Shown piece by piece: positions 19,093 through 28,428 of a stretch of DNA of 64,000 nucleotides. The DNA is from Candidatus Multivoradales bacterium (GTDB taxonomy: Bacteria; Acidobacteriota; Thermoanaerobaculia; Multivoradales; Multivoraceae). Position numbers and translations under genes: made by a program. The notes under the pieces are model-generated. The model worked only from the letters and a program-made list of their open reading frames with translations, ran no database searches and had not been told where the DNA came from. The stretch covers positions 1,152,001 to 1,216,000 of the forward strand of contig CBDCWI010000001.1 of assembly GCA_965223325.1 (NCBI GenBank). Direction: 5' to 3'. The number at the start of each line of letters is the position of its first letter. Position 1 is the first letter of the stretch.

Positions 19093-20472
19093 ATGACTAC
19101 ATCCACAACCCAACGCCCGGGCCACTTCGATCGCCGCCGATTCATGTGCGGTTGTTCCGCCGCTATCGCATCGCTCGCCGGCTCACGCATGAGCAGTGTT
19201 GCCTTCGGCGCCGACCGCTTCGAGAACCGCAACACCCTGGTGGTGGTCTTCCTGCGCGGTGGCATGGACGGGCTGTCCGGCTTCCCACCCATCGCCGGCT
19301 CCGACCGTGGCCACTTCGAAAACGCCCGACCAGACGTTCACCTACCGCTCACCGGTTCGAACCGGGTGCTGCCGCTCGACGGAGGCATGTGGGGCATTCA
19401 TCCCGTCGCCGCACCCCTGCGCGAGGTCTACAACGACGGTGGCCTCGCCCTGATCCCGGCGTGCGGCATGGAGAAGGTCAACCGCAGCCACTTCGACGCC
19501 ATGGAGTTCATCGAGCGCGGTGCCCCGACGGCGCTCGACCAGGGCCGCGGGTGGCTGACGCGCCACCTCAAAAGTGCGCTGACCAAGCCGGTGGAGTCGC
19601 AGATCGAAGCTTATTCCGGTGGCGACCAACCGTCGTCGCTGCGCGGCAACTACGACACGGTGAACTTCTTCTCCCCCGACTGGTTCTACATCAACAGTGG
19701 CGCCTACTGGCCACTCGACGATCACATCGCTGCCGTTCGTGACCTGTACTCGAATGGTAGCTCCTGGCTCCACGACTCAGGCGCCGCAGCCTGGGACGCC
19801 ATGCAGCTCGTGCAGGACAACATCGATCCTGACTACACGTCGGCCAGTGACATTGCCTATCCCGAAACCAACTTCGGCGACCAGATGCGCTACGCCGCGC
19901 AGATGATCAAGCTCGACATGGGTCTGCAGGCGGCAACAGTCGACATCGGCGGCTGGGATCATCACGAGGGGCTCGGGGTCACCCCCGGCGGTTCGTTCTA
20001 CGAGCTGTTCGGAGAACTCACCACCACCCTCGCGGCTTTCTACGCCGACCTCGAGGCCTCGGGCGGCGACGTACTCGAGCGCGCCACCGTGGTGGTACAA
20101 AGCGAGTTCGGTCGGGAACTGCGCCAGAACGCCGACGGCGGTACCGAGCATGGCTACGGCAACCACGTGATGGTGCTCGGCGGAGCGGTCAACGGCGGTG
20201 TGCATGGCACCTGGCCGGGTCTTGCACCCGGCGAGCTCTACGACGGCACCGACGTCGCGGTGACAACCGACTATCGCCAGGTTCTCTCCGAGGTTCTCAT
20301 CCGTCGCCAGAGCAACCCGATGTTGGGCCAGATCTTTCCTGGCTACGACACCTATCAGCCACTAGGCATCGTCCAGGGGCCCGACCTGCCTGTCGACAGC
20401 GACGGTTTCACCCTGTTCAGTGACAACTTCGAGAGCGGGAACGCCAACGCCTGGGATAGCCGCAACGGTTAG
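19093..20472 (+). CDS. DUF1501 family protein with Tat-type signal
   Basis: DRRRFM twin-arginine; VVVFLRGGMDGL, NRSHFDA, GGWDHH, SEFGRELRQN, GTEHGYG, TTDYRQV. Confidence 0.9.
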   Translation: MTTSTTQRPGHFDRRRFMCGCSAAIASLAGSRMSSVAFGADRFENRNTLVVVFLRGGMDGLSGFPPIAGSDRGHFENARPDVHLPLTGSNRVLPLDGGMWGIHPVAAPLREVYNDGGLALIPACGMEKVNRSHFDAMEFIERGAPTALDQGRGWLTRHLKSALTKPVESQIEAYSGGDQPSSLRGNYDTVNFFSPDWFYINSGAYWPLDDHIAAVRDLYSNGSSWLHDSGAAAWDAMQLVQDNIDPDYTSASDIAYPETNFGDQMRYAAQMIKLDMGLQAATVDIGGWDHHEGLGVTPGGSFYELFGELTTTLAAFYADLEASGGDVLERATVVVQSEFGRELRQNADGGTEHGYGNHVMVLGGAVNGGVHGTWPGLAPGELYDGTDVAVTTDYRQVLSEVLIRRQSNPMLGQIFPGYDTYQPLGIVQGPDLPVDSDGFTLFSDNFESGNANAWDSRNG

Positions 20473-20522
20473 GCGACCCCGCCAGGATGCCCTCGAGGAG
20501 GTAGCGGCGCTATGCTTTCGGC

Positions 20523-21953
20523 ATGCGACACCACATCCTCAGGAGCCGTGGGTGTCTTTGGAACCTCGCATGGCTCGCGATCGCAGGTGCGGTCAGCCTC
20601 GTTGTAACCGGTACTCCACGTGCGGAGGCGGCTGAAGCGCCCTGGCCGTCCTTTCGCGGCCCGGAGGCATCGGGAATCAACGACGGCCAGAACCTGCCGG
20701 CCGACTTTGACGTCGAGACCGGTGAGAACGTTCGGTGGCGCGTTGCGGTGCCGGGCCTGGCGCACTCGAGCCCGATCGTCGCTGGCGGGCAGGTCGTTGT
20801 CACCAGCGCGATCTCGAGTCGTGATGACGCTGACTTCAAGCATGGGCTCTACGGTGCGGGCGACGCCTCGTCAGATCGCACGCCCCACGAATTCGCCGTC
20901 ATGGCCTTCGATGTCGAAACCGGTGTCGAACGCTGGCGCACTGTTGCTCATCGCGGAGTGCCTAAGGAGAAGCGCCACATCAAGGCGACCTACGCTAACC
21001 AAACCCCGGCGACCGACGGGCGCGTGGTCGTCGCGTTCTTCGGCTCGGAAGGACTCTTCGGTCTCGACCTCCGGAGCGGCGAGATGCTCTGGCAGCGCAA
21101 CCTCGGCACCTTCGATGTCGGTGCCTACGACGCGCCCACCTACGAGTGGGGCTCGGCAAGCTCGCCGATGATCTGGCAGGACCTGGTCTTCGTACAAGTC
21201 GACACGCAGAACGAAGACTTCATCATGGCGCTAGACGTCGCGACCGGTGCCACGCGTTGGCGAAGCGAGCGCGACGAGCTGCCCTCCTGGGGCACACCGA
21301 ACGTTCTCGCCCACGACGGGGTGGCCGAGCTGGTCACCAACGGTGCCAAACTGATCCGCGGCTACGATCCCCGCACCGGAGAACAGCTGTGGCAGCTCGG
21401 CCCGAGCTCCAAGATCACCGCGCCGACACCGATCAGCGATGGCAACGGACACTTCATCGTTGCTAGCGGCCGCCGCCCCGAGAAACCGATCTTCGTCATT
21501 CGTGCGGGTGCGCGCGGTGACCTCACCCTTGCGGCCGGTGAAAGCAACAGTGAACACATTGCTTGGAGTTTGCGCGGAAAGGGGCCCTACATGCCCACCC
21601 CTCTCGCACTCGATGGTGTTCTCTACGTGTTGCAGAACGAGGGCATCTTCGCCGCCTACTCGCTCGCCGATGGCACCGAGCACTACCGTACGCGCATCGA
21701 ACATCGCGGCTCAGGCTACAGCGCCTCGCCGGTAGCCGCCGATGGACTGATCTACCTGCCTTCGGAGGACGGCGATCTGCACGTTGTCGAAGCCGGGCCG
21801 GCCTACCGGCAGATCAGCACTCTCGACATCGGTGAACGACTCATGGCGACCCCAGCGATCGCCGACGGCGCACTCTTCGTGCGCGGCCGCTCGCACTTGC
21901 TGGCCGTAGCCCGCGACGCCTCCCCTGCAAAAAGCGCTTCGAACCCCAACTAG
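20523..21953 (+). CDS. PQQ-like beta-propeller repeat protein
   Basis: WPSFRGP, WRVAVPGLAHSSPIV, repeated DxxTGxxxW, SASPVAADG, ATPAIADG. Confidence 0.85.
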   Translation: MRHHILRSRGCLWNLAWLAIAGAVSLVVTGTPRAEAAEAPWPSFRGPEASGINDGQNLPADFDVETGENVRWRVAVPGLAHSSPIVAGGQVVVTSAISSRDDADFKHGLYGAGDASSDRTPHEFAVMAFDVETGVERWRTVAHRGVPKEKRHIKATYANQTPATDGRVVVAFFGSEGLFGLDLRSGEMLWQRNLGTFDVGAYDAPTYEWGSASSPMIWQDLVFVQVDTQNEDFIMALDVATGATRWRSERDELPSWGTPNVLAHDGVAELVTNGAKLIRGYDPRTGEQLWQLGPSSKITAPTPISDGNGHFIVASGRRPEKPIFVIRAGARGDLTLAAGESNSEHIAWSLRGKGPYMPTPLALDGVLYVLQNEGIFAAYSLADGTEHYRTRIEHRGSGYSASPVAADGLIYLPSEDGDLHVVEAGPAYRQISTLDIGERLMATPAIADGALFVRGRSHLLAVARDASPAKSASNPN

Positions 21954-21970
21954 CGGAAGCGCCAAAGCCT

Positions 21971-24091
21971 TTGCAGGAAACGGTCCCAGAGCGTAGCCGG
22001 CGAACGCTGGTACTCATCGGAGCAATCGCCGGCGGACTCGCCGCCGCTCCGTGGGTCATCCCGTCCGACCTGCTGGGGCCATTGGCTCGCAGCGCGGGTG
22101 GCCTGGGAACGCTGTCCTGGTACCTCCTTCTGTTTGTCGCTCTACTGGTTGCTCGCCGCGCCGGCGAGAGACTGGTGAAAGCGTCACCGCAGTTGGCGCG
22201 CGCTCTGCGCCTTTTCAGTTGGATCGCCACCAGCGCCTTGCTGGCGGTCATTCTAGTGAGCTGGGGCTCACGCATATCGTCTGGGTTGTTCCTCAATCGC
22301 GAGATGCTGGCCTTCTTCTTTTCCAATCTCGGCCTGGTCTTCTCGTTCCTTCGTCCAGTCGAGTTGTTCGGCATCACCGCTGGGGCTCTCCTTGCAGCAT
22401 TTCTCGTGTGGCCGCTGCGACGGTTGCTGGACCTGGTCTGGAACGAGCTCGACCGCGGCGGTCAGGCGCGACGTTCACTCCTCGTCCTCGCGTCCTTCGC
22501 GGTACTCGGCATCGGGTGGGCCGGCATCTGGGTTCCTCGCGTCGCGGGTCCCGGCATCAGGGATGCCGGCGAAGAACCCCCGCGGTTTGCTGCCCTCGCG
22601 CCGCTTCCCGCACTGCTCGACGACGCCTCGCGCCTGGTTGGGGTTCGCACCGCGCCCAGTCGAGTCCGTGCGCAGAAGGCCGGCTGGCGCCTCGAGGCGA
22701 CGGAGACCGCCCAGAGCTTCGGCCCGCTCACGGTGCGACTCGAGGCGCACATCTCGCCGCAGGAGTGGTCAGAGAGGCAGACCACCCCCGATCTCGACGT
22801 CTTGCTGGTGGTCGTTGAAAGCCTGCGCCTCGACGCCATCCTGCGCTCCGAGCCACCGGTGTTGATGCCCTTCATAGCGACCCGGGCACGTGAAGGTTGG
22901 GCCTTTGCCGAAACGCGCGCTCAAGGCGGCGAGACGCGCTACGGCACGGCCGCCATTCTGTCTTCGGTCAACCCGTACCGCGGACCGGGCGGAAACGGTT
23001 TCAGCGAGGACATACCCAGGGTCACCGTATTCGAACCGCTTGGCTGGCTCGGCTACGCCACCGGCATCTTCGCGTCGTCGAACGACCTGTGGGGCAACCT
23101 CTCGACGTTCTACCGCGCCGAGCGCGCCGACACCTTCTTTCACGCCGAGACCTACGACGGTGAGCGGCTGAGCACGCCGCTCGATGGCGGCGTCTATGCC
23201 GAGATCCAGGCTGGCCGCATGACCGGCGGCTCTCTCGATGACCGGGTGACGGTCAGCAAGTTGATCGATTGGGTCGGTGACCTGCCTCCCGAGAAGCCGT
23301 TCTTTGCCTACCTGAACCTGCAGACCGCCCACTTTCCCTATGAGCAGGGCTTCGGAGTTCCCACTCCGTTCCTTCCCAACGAAGCTGCCGGGGTTTCCTT
23401 TCTCCAGTACCCACCGGAAGCGTGCCCGGCGATGCGTAACCGCTATTGGAACTCGCTCCGCTTCCTCGACCGCCAGCTCTTCGACGTTTTCGAGGGGCTG
23501 CGCGCCAACCACCGTCTGGAGCGCACGCTGGTTGTCGTGACCAGTGACCACGGTCAGGCTCTGTGCGAGAACCGCGAGGTCACCCACGGCAAACGACTGG
23601 TCGAGCCGGTCGCACGCATTCCGCTCCTGTTCCTCGGACCGGAGGGCCGCGTCCCGGTGCAACTCGACCGGCGCGCCGCACAGCAACTCGACATTGCACC
23701 GACGATCTTCGCGCTCCTCGGACTCGAGCCCCACCCCGCCTTCCAGGGCATCAACCTCGCGAGTGCCGTCGAAGCCGAAGGCAGTCGCCCGCTCTTTGCG
23801 TCGGTCCAGCACCTCGAGTCACAGGAGGCGCTGTGGTGGCAGGGCAAGAAACTGCTCGACAGCGACGCCGGCCGGCTCGACCGCGCCCTCTTCGATCTCG
23901 GGGAGGATCCGCACGAACGCCAGGATCTCCTCCCTCTGAACGCGCGAGAAGGCGAGTTCATGCTCGAGGTTCTCGACGCCCTTCGCGCCGTGCAGATCGA
24001 GTACTACCAGCGCGATGACCTCAAAGAGCACTACTACCCGCCGCAAGTCGAGGCAGCCAGGTCGCCCTCGAGCGTGAGCCAACTCCCCTAA
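21971..24091 (+). CDS. Membrane-anchored sulfatase-like / LTA-synthase-family transferase
   Basis: Several N-terminal hydrophobic helices; LLVVVESLR, AHFPY, VVVTSDHGQ, THG, QLDIAPTI; TTG start uncertain. Confidence 0.75.
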   Translation: MQETVPERSRRTLVLIGAIAGGLAAAPWVIPSDLLGPLARSAGGLGTLSWYLLLFVALLVARRAGERLVKASPQLARALRLFSWIATSALLAVILVSWGSRISSGLFLNREMLAFFFSNLGLVFSFLRPVELFGITAGALLAAFLVWPLRRLLDLVWNELDRGGQARRSLLVLASFAVLGIGWAGIWVPRVAGPGIRDAGEEPPRFAALAPLPALLDDASRLVGVRTAPSRVRAQKAGWRLEATETAQSFGPLTVRLEAHISPQEWSERQTTPDLDVLLVVVESLRLDAILRSEPPVLMPFIATRAREGWAFAETRAQGGETRYGTAAILSSVNPYRGPGGNGFSEDIPRVTVFEPLGWLGYATGIFASSNDLWGNLSTFYRAERADTFFHAETYDGERLSTPLDGGVYAEIQAGRMTGGSLDDRVTVSKLIDWVGDLPPEKPFFAYLNLQTAHFPYEQGFGVPTPFLPNEAAGVSFLQYPPEACPAMRNRYWNSLRFLDRQLFDVFEGLRANHRLERTLVVVTSDHGQALCENREVTHGKRLVEPVARIPLLFLGPEGRVPVQLDRRAAQQLDIAPTIFALLGLEPHPAFQGINLASAVEAEGSRPLFASVQHLESQEALWWQGKKLLDSDAGRLDRALFDLGEDPHERQDLLPLNAREGEFMLEVLDALRAVQIEYYQRDDLKEHYYPPQVEAARSPSSVSQLP

Positions 24092-24162
24092 GGGCAAGCC
24101 TTCGGAGCTACGGCGCTTCCGCCGCTTCCAGGCGGTGACCACTTACCGTGGGCGGCGTCGAT

Positions 24163-24191
24163 TTGCTCGATTCAAAGGCATTTCATAGAAT
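24163..24191 (+). promoter_or_regulatory. Putative sigma70 promoter
   Basis: TTGCTC-N17-TAGAAT in an AT-rich intergenic patch upstream of ATG 24298. Confidence 0.5.
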
Positions 24192-24297
24192 TAACCACAT
24201 ATTACGATGTTTGGAAGCATCGCATCCCTTGCAATCGACTGGCGGGCCATCTCCCAGCCAGTCTCAGGCTCTCGAGCTCTTTTCGGAGGCCACTCTC

Positions 24298-27200
24298 ATG
24301 TCGCTCCTGTTGACCCGCATCCCAAGCCAGGCCATAGCCTTCACCGTCGGCCTACTCCTTCTTTCGGCTGCAGCGGGTGCCTCGACCATCTCGGTATTCG
24401 ATCCCGCAGACCTGGTCCTGGTCGAAGAGATCGATTGTTCCCAGGCGCCACCCGCCGGCCGCTTCGCAGAGTCTGAGCCAAACGCCAGCTATGTCGACAC
24501 CATCCTGTCGCGTGGAGCGCGCGTCCTCGACCCGAGCGACGACGCGCGCTGGTTCGCCTACAAGGTCGGTACTGGCGAAGGTCTGGTCTCCGGACAGGCC
24601 TACGTACTGCAGATCGACTACGCCGAAGACACCGCTCGCTCGATCGCGATCGTCAATCGAGGAGCCGAGGTCTACCGCGGCCTGCACACCGGTCGCGCCC
24701 TTGGCGACACCTTGCACGGCTACGGCCATGCCAATCCAGAATCACTCGACCTGCCACTCTCCGACCAGTGGGAAACCTGGGAGAACCTCTTCTGGCTGCA
24801 CGACCGGACGGCGGGCTTGACCCTCCGGCGGGGGACCTGGAATGACCCCCTGGACCGCGACGACTTTCCGAATCTCCCCGATGACGGCTTCTGGGTGATC
24901 ATCGCCCACCACATGGAGTCGGACACTCCGGTCTCAGACGGCGCCGCGATCTCGCGCATCCGCCTCTACAGCATTGCCGAGCCCGACGCCTACGACACGA
25001 CAATCAATCTGCCGCCCAATGACCTGCCGCACCGCTACGTCTTCTGGCGCGAAGAGATGGCCGATCGCATCGTCGATGCCGATCTCGCCGGTGATCGTGC
25101 GGTCGCCGATGCGACCGACTACTTCGAGTACAAGATGAAGCTGGCGCGCTTCCTCGGCATCAACACCTTCTCAAAGGACCTGCTCGAGTTCGGGCACAAC
25201 CAGGGCTTTGACGCCGAACCCTACGGTGGCGCCGACTGGTTCGTCGAACCCGACTACGACCAGCGCTGGCAGCTGATGCTCGACCGCGTCTCGACCTACG
25301 GGCTTTCGGTCATGCCCTACTTCGAGTGGGCCGGTAGCACCGGCGACACGCTCGGCCTCGGCCGACATCGCCGGGCCGAACCGCTCAACGACAAGGCGCC
25401 ACACTTCCCTGACTACACCGATGTCGCCTGGAGTGAGACCTGGAACGTCGATATCACCGACCCGGCTGCTGCTGTTGATCTCGAGCGACTCCTCGACACC
25501 ACCATCGTGCGCCACGCCCACCGCGCTGACTTCATCGGCGCCTGGCTGCGAACTCGCAACAGCCACATACCGATCGGCTTCGCCGACGAGACTCGCCTGC
25601 GCTTTTCGCGCGACCTTGGGCTTCCACCCGTATCGCGAGCCGACCTCATCAACGACCAGGGCCTGCGCAACAGCTACTACGAGTGGTGGCTGGCCCGGCG
25701 AGCCGACTTCCTTGCCGCGGCTCAGGACTGGTTGGCAGGCGAGCTTGGCAACGACCCGGTCGTCCTATTGACGACCGATCACAGCGAGGCCGGCAAGGCG
25801 CTGCCGGGACCGCGGGCGATCGTCAACGACCACACCAGCACCTGGTCGCTCGACATTCCGCAGTACTGGACGAACCTCGATCAACGCACTGTTCTCGAAC
25901 AGGAGCGCCACCTGACCGCCCTGACCAGCCCCGAGGCCGACTACGGCAGCTATGAGAACTCCCATTCGACGCCCTGGGCCGATCCGCAGCGTTACATCGA
26001 CGACCAGCACATCGCTTTGACCTACGGCTTTCACCGCGCCTACTCGACCAGTTCCCCCCATGCTCTCTCTGCCTTCGACACGCTCGAGGGAGGTGGCCTG
26101 GCGCTGGTACGGCATCACTTTCTCAACGAAGATCGAATGATCACCAAAGCGGCCGATGAGAGTGGCGCCTGGTACGAAGGTTCAGTGCTCGGCTACACCG
26201 TTTTCGACTTCGAACGCACTGGGTCGTTTTCGATGATGGCCGAGGCCTTGGCGATCGCCAACGGCAACCCGCGTTACATCGGCTACCTGGTAGGGAACAA
26301 CTTCAACCGCGGCTTTCCGTCGTACGTGCGTCGTTTCAACCGCGCGTTCCTATCGCTACCGGCCCTCCCGAGCACTCGTCTCGCCGGCGCCGCCAGCCAT
26401 GACGACGTGGCGGTGCGCCGCATCTTGACTGAGAGCGACGGCACCTGGTTCGCCGTCGTCAATACCTCGGCCGTAACGCTCGAAGGGGTGACGGTCGAGT
26501 TCGGCGCCACCGGAGAACTCACTGACGCTGCCACCAACACGCAGCTCGCGGCATCGGCGGCTGGTTTCACATTCGATCTCTACCCCTACGAGCTGCGTAG
26601 CGTTCATTTGAGCAGTGCACCGGACACGTCGGCCGAAGACCCGTTGGAGATCACCCTGGCTTCACCGCTTTCCGACGCGACCTGTCGGAGCGGCACACCC
26701 CTCACCGTCGAGGCGACGGTCAACACCAGCCGGTCACCAGGAGCTTCTCCGACACGGCTTCTGACCGACCCGACCCACCTTCGGTTGACCGCCGACGGTG
26801 CCGCTTACCAGCATCTCAAGATCGGCTACAGCTCGGACCACATCCACGCCGAGAGCACGAGCCCAACGGCAGGTGGCCAAGACACCCTGGTGCTCGAGCT
26901 GCGCGATTTCGCCGGCGGTGCCCAATGGGACGAACTCAAGGTCCGGACGCCGGATGGCAGCGAAGTCATCATCGGCACCTACCTGGTGGGCGACGCTGCC
27001 GACTGGACCGAGGTCCAGATCCCCGTCAGCGTCTTCGGCGCGACGTCGTTCGACAACATCTCGTATCTCTCGGTGCCGTTTACCACCAATGACCAGAGTC
27101 TCGACCTCGGCATCAGCCGCATCGAGTTCACCGGCGGCAGCGGCCCGGTGACCTGGTTCGGTGAGGGCCACACGACCAACGCGACCGAGCTGGGCAACGG

Positions 27201-27477
27201 AATGACCGTCGAGCTCGTTCAAGGCGACGGCCCAGAAGACCCGTCGGGGAATCTGCGCGTCACATTGTTCCGAGACGGTGAGGTTCTCCTGCGCCGCTCG
27301 TCGCCGCCCTACCAGGTGACCTGGACTCCCGATGGCCATGGCCCGGTCGAAATCTTCGCAGTGGTCGAGGACGGAAACGGCAACCGGGCGGTTGATCGGC
27401 GGAGCATTTTCGTCCAGAGCGGCGCCCTCTTCGAAGACGACTTCGAGTCCGGCGGAGTCACCGCCTGGTTCAACTGA
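24298..27477 (+). CDS. Large secreted multidomain protein (unassigned catalytic-like core, Ig-like and CBM-like modules)
   Basis: GGAGG RBS, signal peptide (LLLSAAAGA); aromatic/acidic-rich core; C-terminal Ig-like and DWTEVQIPVSVF segments; ends LFEDDFESGGVTAWFN. Confidence 0.75.
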   Translation: MSLLLTRIPSQAIAFTVGLLLLSAAAGASTISVFDPADLVLVEEIDCSQAPPAGRFAESEPNASYVDTILSRGARVLDPSDDARWFAYKVGTGEGLVSGQAYVLQIDYAEDTARSIAIVNRGAEVYRGLHTGRALGDTLHGYGHANPESLDLPLSDQWETWENLFWLHDRTAGLTLRRGTWNDPLDRDDFPNLPDDGFWVIIAHHMESDTPVSDGAAISRIRLYSIAEPDAYDTTINLPPNDLPHRYVFWREEMADRIVDADLAGDRAVADATDYFEYKMKLARFLGINTFSKDLLEFGHNQGFDAEPYGGADWFVEPDYDQRWQLMLDRVSTYGLSVMPYFEWAGSTGDTLGLGRHRRAEPLNDKAPHFPDYTDVAWSETWNVDITDPAAAVDLERLLDTTIVRHAHRADFIGAWLRTRNSHIPIGFADETRLRFSRDLGLPPVSRADLINDQGLRNSYYEWWLARRADFLAAAQDWLAGELGNDPVVLLTTDHSEAGKALPGPRAIVNDHTSTWSLDIPQYWTNLDQRTVLEQERHLTALTSPEADYGSYENSHSTPWADPQRYIDDQHIALTYGFHRAYSTSSPHALSAFDTLEGGGLALVRHHFLNEDRMITKAADESGAWYEGSVLGYTVFDFERTGSFSMMAEALAIANGNPRYIGYLVGNNFNRGFPSYVRRFNRAFLSLPALPSTRLAGAASHDDVAVRRILTESDGTWFAVVNTSAVTLEGVTVEFGATGELTDAATNTQLAASAAGFTFDLYPYELRSVHLSSAPDTSAEDPLEITLASPLSDATCRSGTPLTVEATVNTSRSPGASPTRLLTDPTHLRLTADGAAYQHLKIGYSSDHIHAESTSPTAGGQDTLVLELRDFAGGAQWDELKVRTPDGSEVIIGTYLVGDAADWTEVQIPVSVFGATSFDNISYLSVPFTTNDQSLDLGISRIEFTGGSGPVTWFGEGHTTNATELGNGMTVELVQGDGPEDPSGNLRVTLFRDGEVLLRRSSPPYQVTWTPDGHGPVEIFAVVEDGNGNRAVDRRSIFVQSGALFEDDFESGGVTAWFN

Positions 27478-27484
27478 GAAGAGC

Positions 27485-28387
27485 TCAGGGCTTCCTGGCC
27501 GAGACCAGGTAGTAACCAAAGCGCGTGCGTGCCGCCCCGACAACGGGAGACAAGACGCAGGCCACCAGGTGCCCCCAACGAACGTTGCCGAGCCTGAGGC
27601 CGGAACGCACGAGTTCAGAGAAGAGAAAGCGCACGGTCACGAAGGGAATGTGCATGACCGATGGCGCAATGCGGTAGGAGATCTCTTCGACCTGGACGTC
27701 GTCGAAACCGACCTGCTCGAGCGCCGCGGTGAACGACCCGATCTCGGCGAAGGTCTGGACCGCCCAGTTGTGGCTGACCTTCCGCAGGCAAAAACGTAGG
27801 AGCGGGTTCATCCAGCGGTCGTGCTTGAGGAAACCGTCGGCAATCGACAGCCGCGCTCCTGGTTTGAGAATGCGAAAGGCCTCTTCGAGAAAAGCGCGCT
27901 TGCCCGCTCCCTCTGCATGGCAGGCACTCTCGATTCCCCAAGCACCATCAAAGACCGCGTCGGGGAGCGGTGTACGGGTGTAGTCGCCGGTGATGAAGCC
28001 GGGCTGCTCATCGGGTGCCCGGGCGGCGAGTACCGGGTTCTCGCGCGTCAAGGCCTCGCCCTCGCGCGCCTGTTCGAGCACCAACGTCAGGCCCATGACG
28101 CTCCACCTCGGGCACTCTGTCGCGATGAGCCTCACCGAGGCGCCCAACCCGCACCCCAGGTCGATCACCCGGGAGGGAGCCTGGTCATCGAGGTCGAGGC
28201 GCGTTCGAACCTGCCGGGTCATTTCGTCTAGGAGATCGTCGAGACGAAAGGGATTTACCCAAAAGCGCCAATAGCCGAAGTGCATGTGCAGCTTGCGGCT
28301 CCAGGCGCGATAGTCGGGCGTCGCCTGACGGTAATACGTGACGACGTCCTGGGCCTCGCCGGGATGTGGTGGGCTTGGCGCGCTCAC
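27485..28387 (-). CDS. SAM-dependent methyltransferase (tocopherol/sterol C-methyltransferase-like)
   Basis: HMHFGYW, VIDLGCGLG, FDGAWGIESACHA, RILKPGARL. Confidence 0.85.
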   Translation of the reverse strand: MSAPSPPHPGEAQDVVTYYRQATPDYRAWSRKLHMHFGYWRFWVNPFRLDDLLDEMTRQVRTRLDLDDQAPSRVIDLGCGLGASVRLIATECPRWSVMGLTLVLEQAREGEALTRENPVLAARAPDEQPGFITGDYTRTPLPDAVFDGAWGIESACHAEGAGKRAFLEEAFRILKPGARLSIADGFLKHDRWMNPLLRFCLRKVSHNWAVQTFAEIGSFTAALEQVGFDDVQVEEISYRIAPSVMHIPFVTVRFLFSELVRSGLRLGNVRWGHLVACVLSPVVGAARTRFGYYLVSARKP

Positions 28388-28428
28388 GCGCTGAATTCTA
28401 GGCTGCCGCCCCGCTCCTCAGGAGAGTC

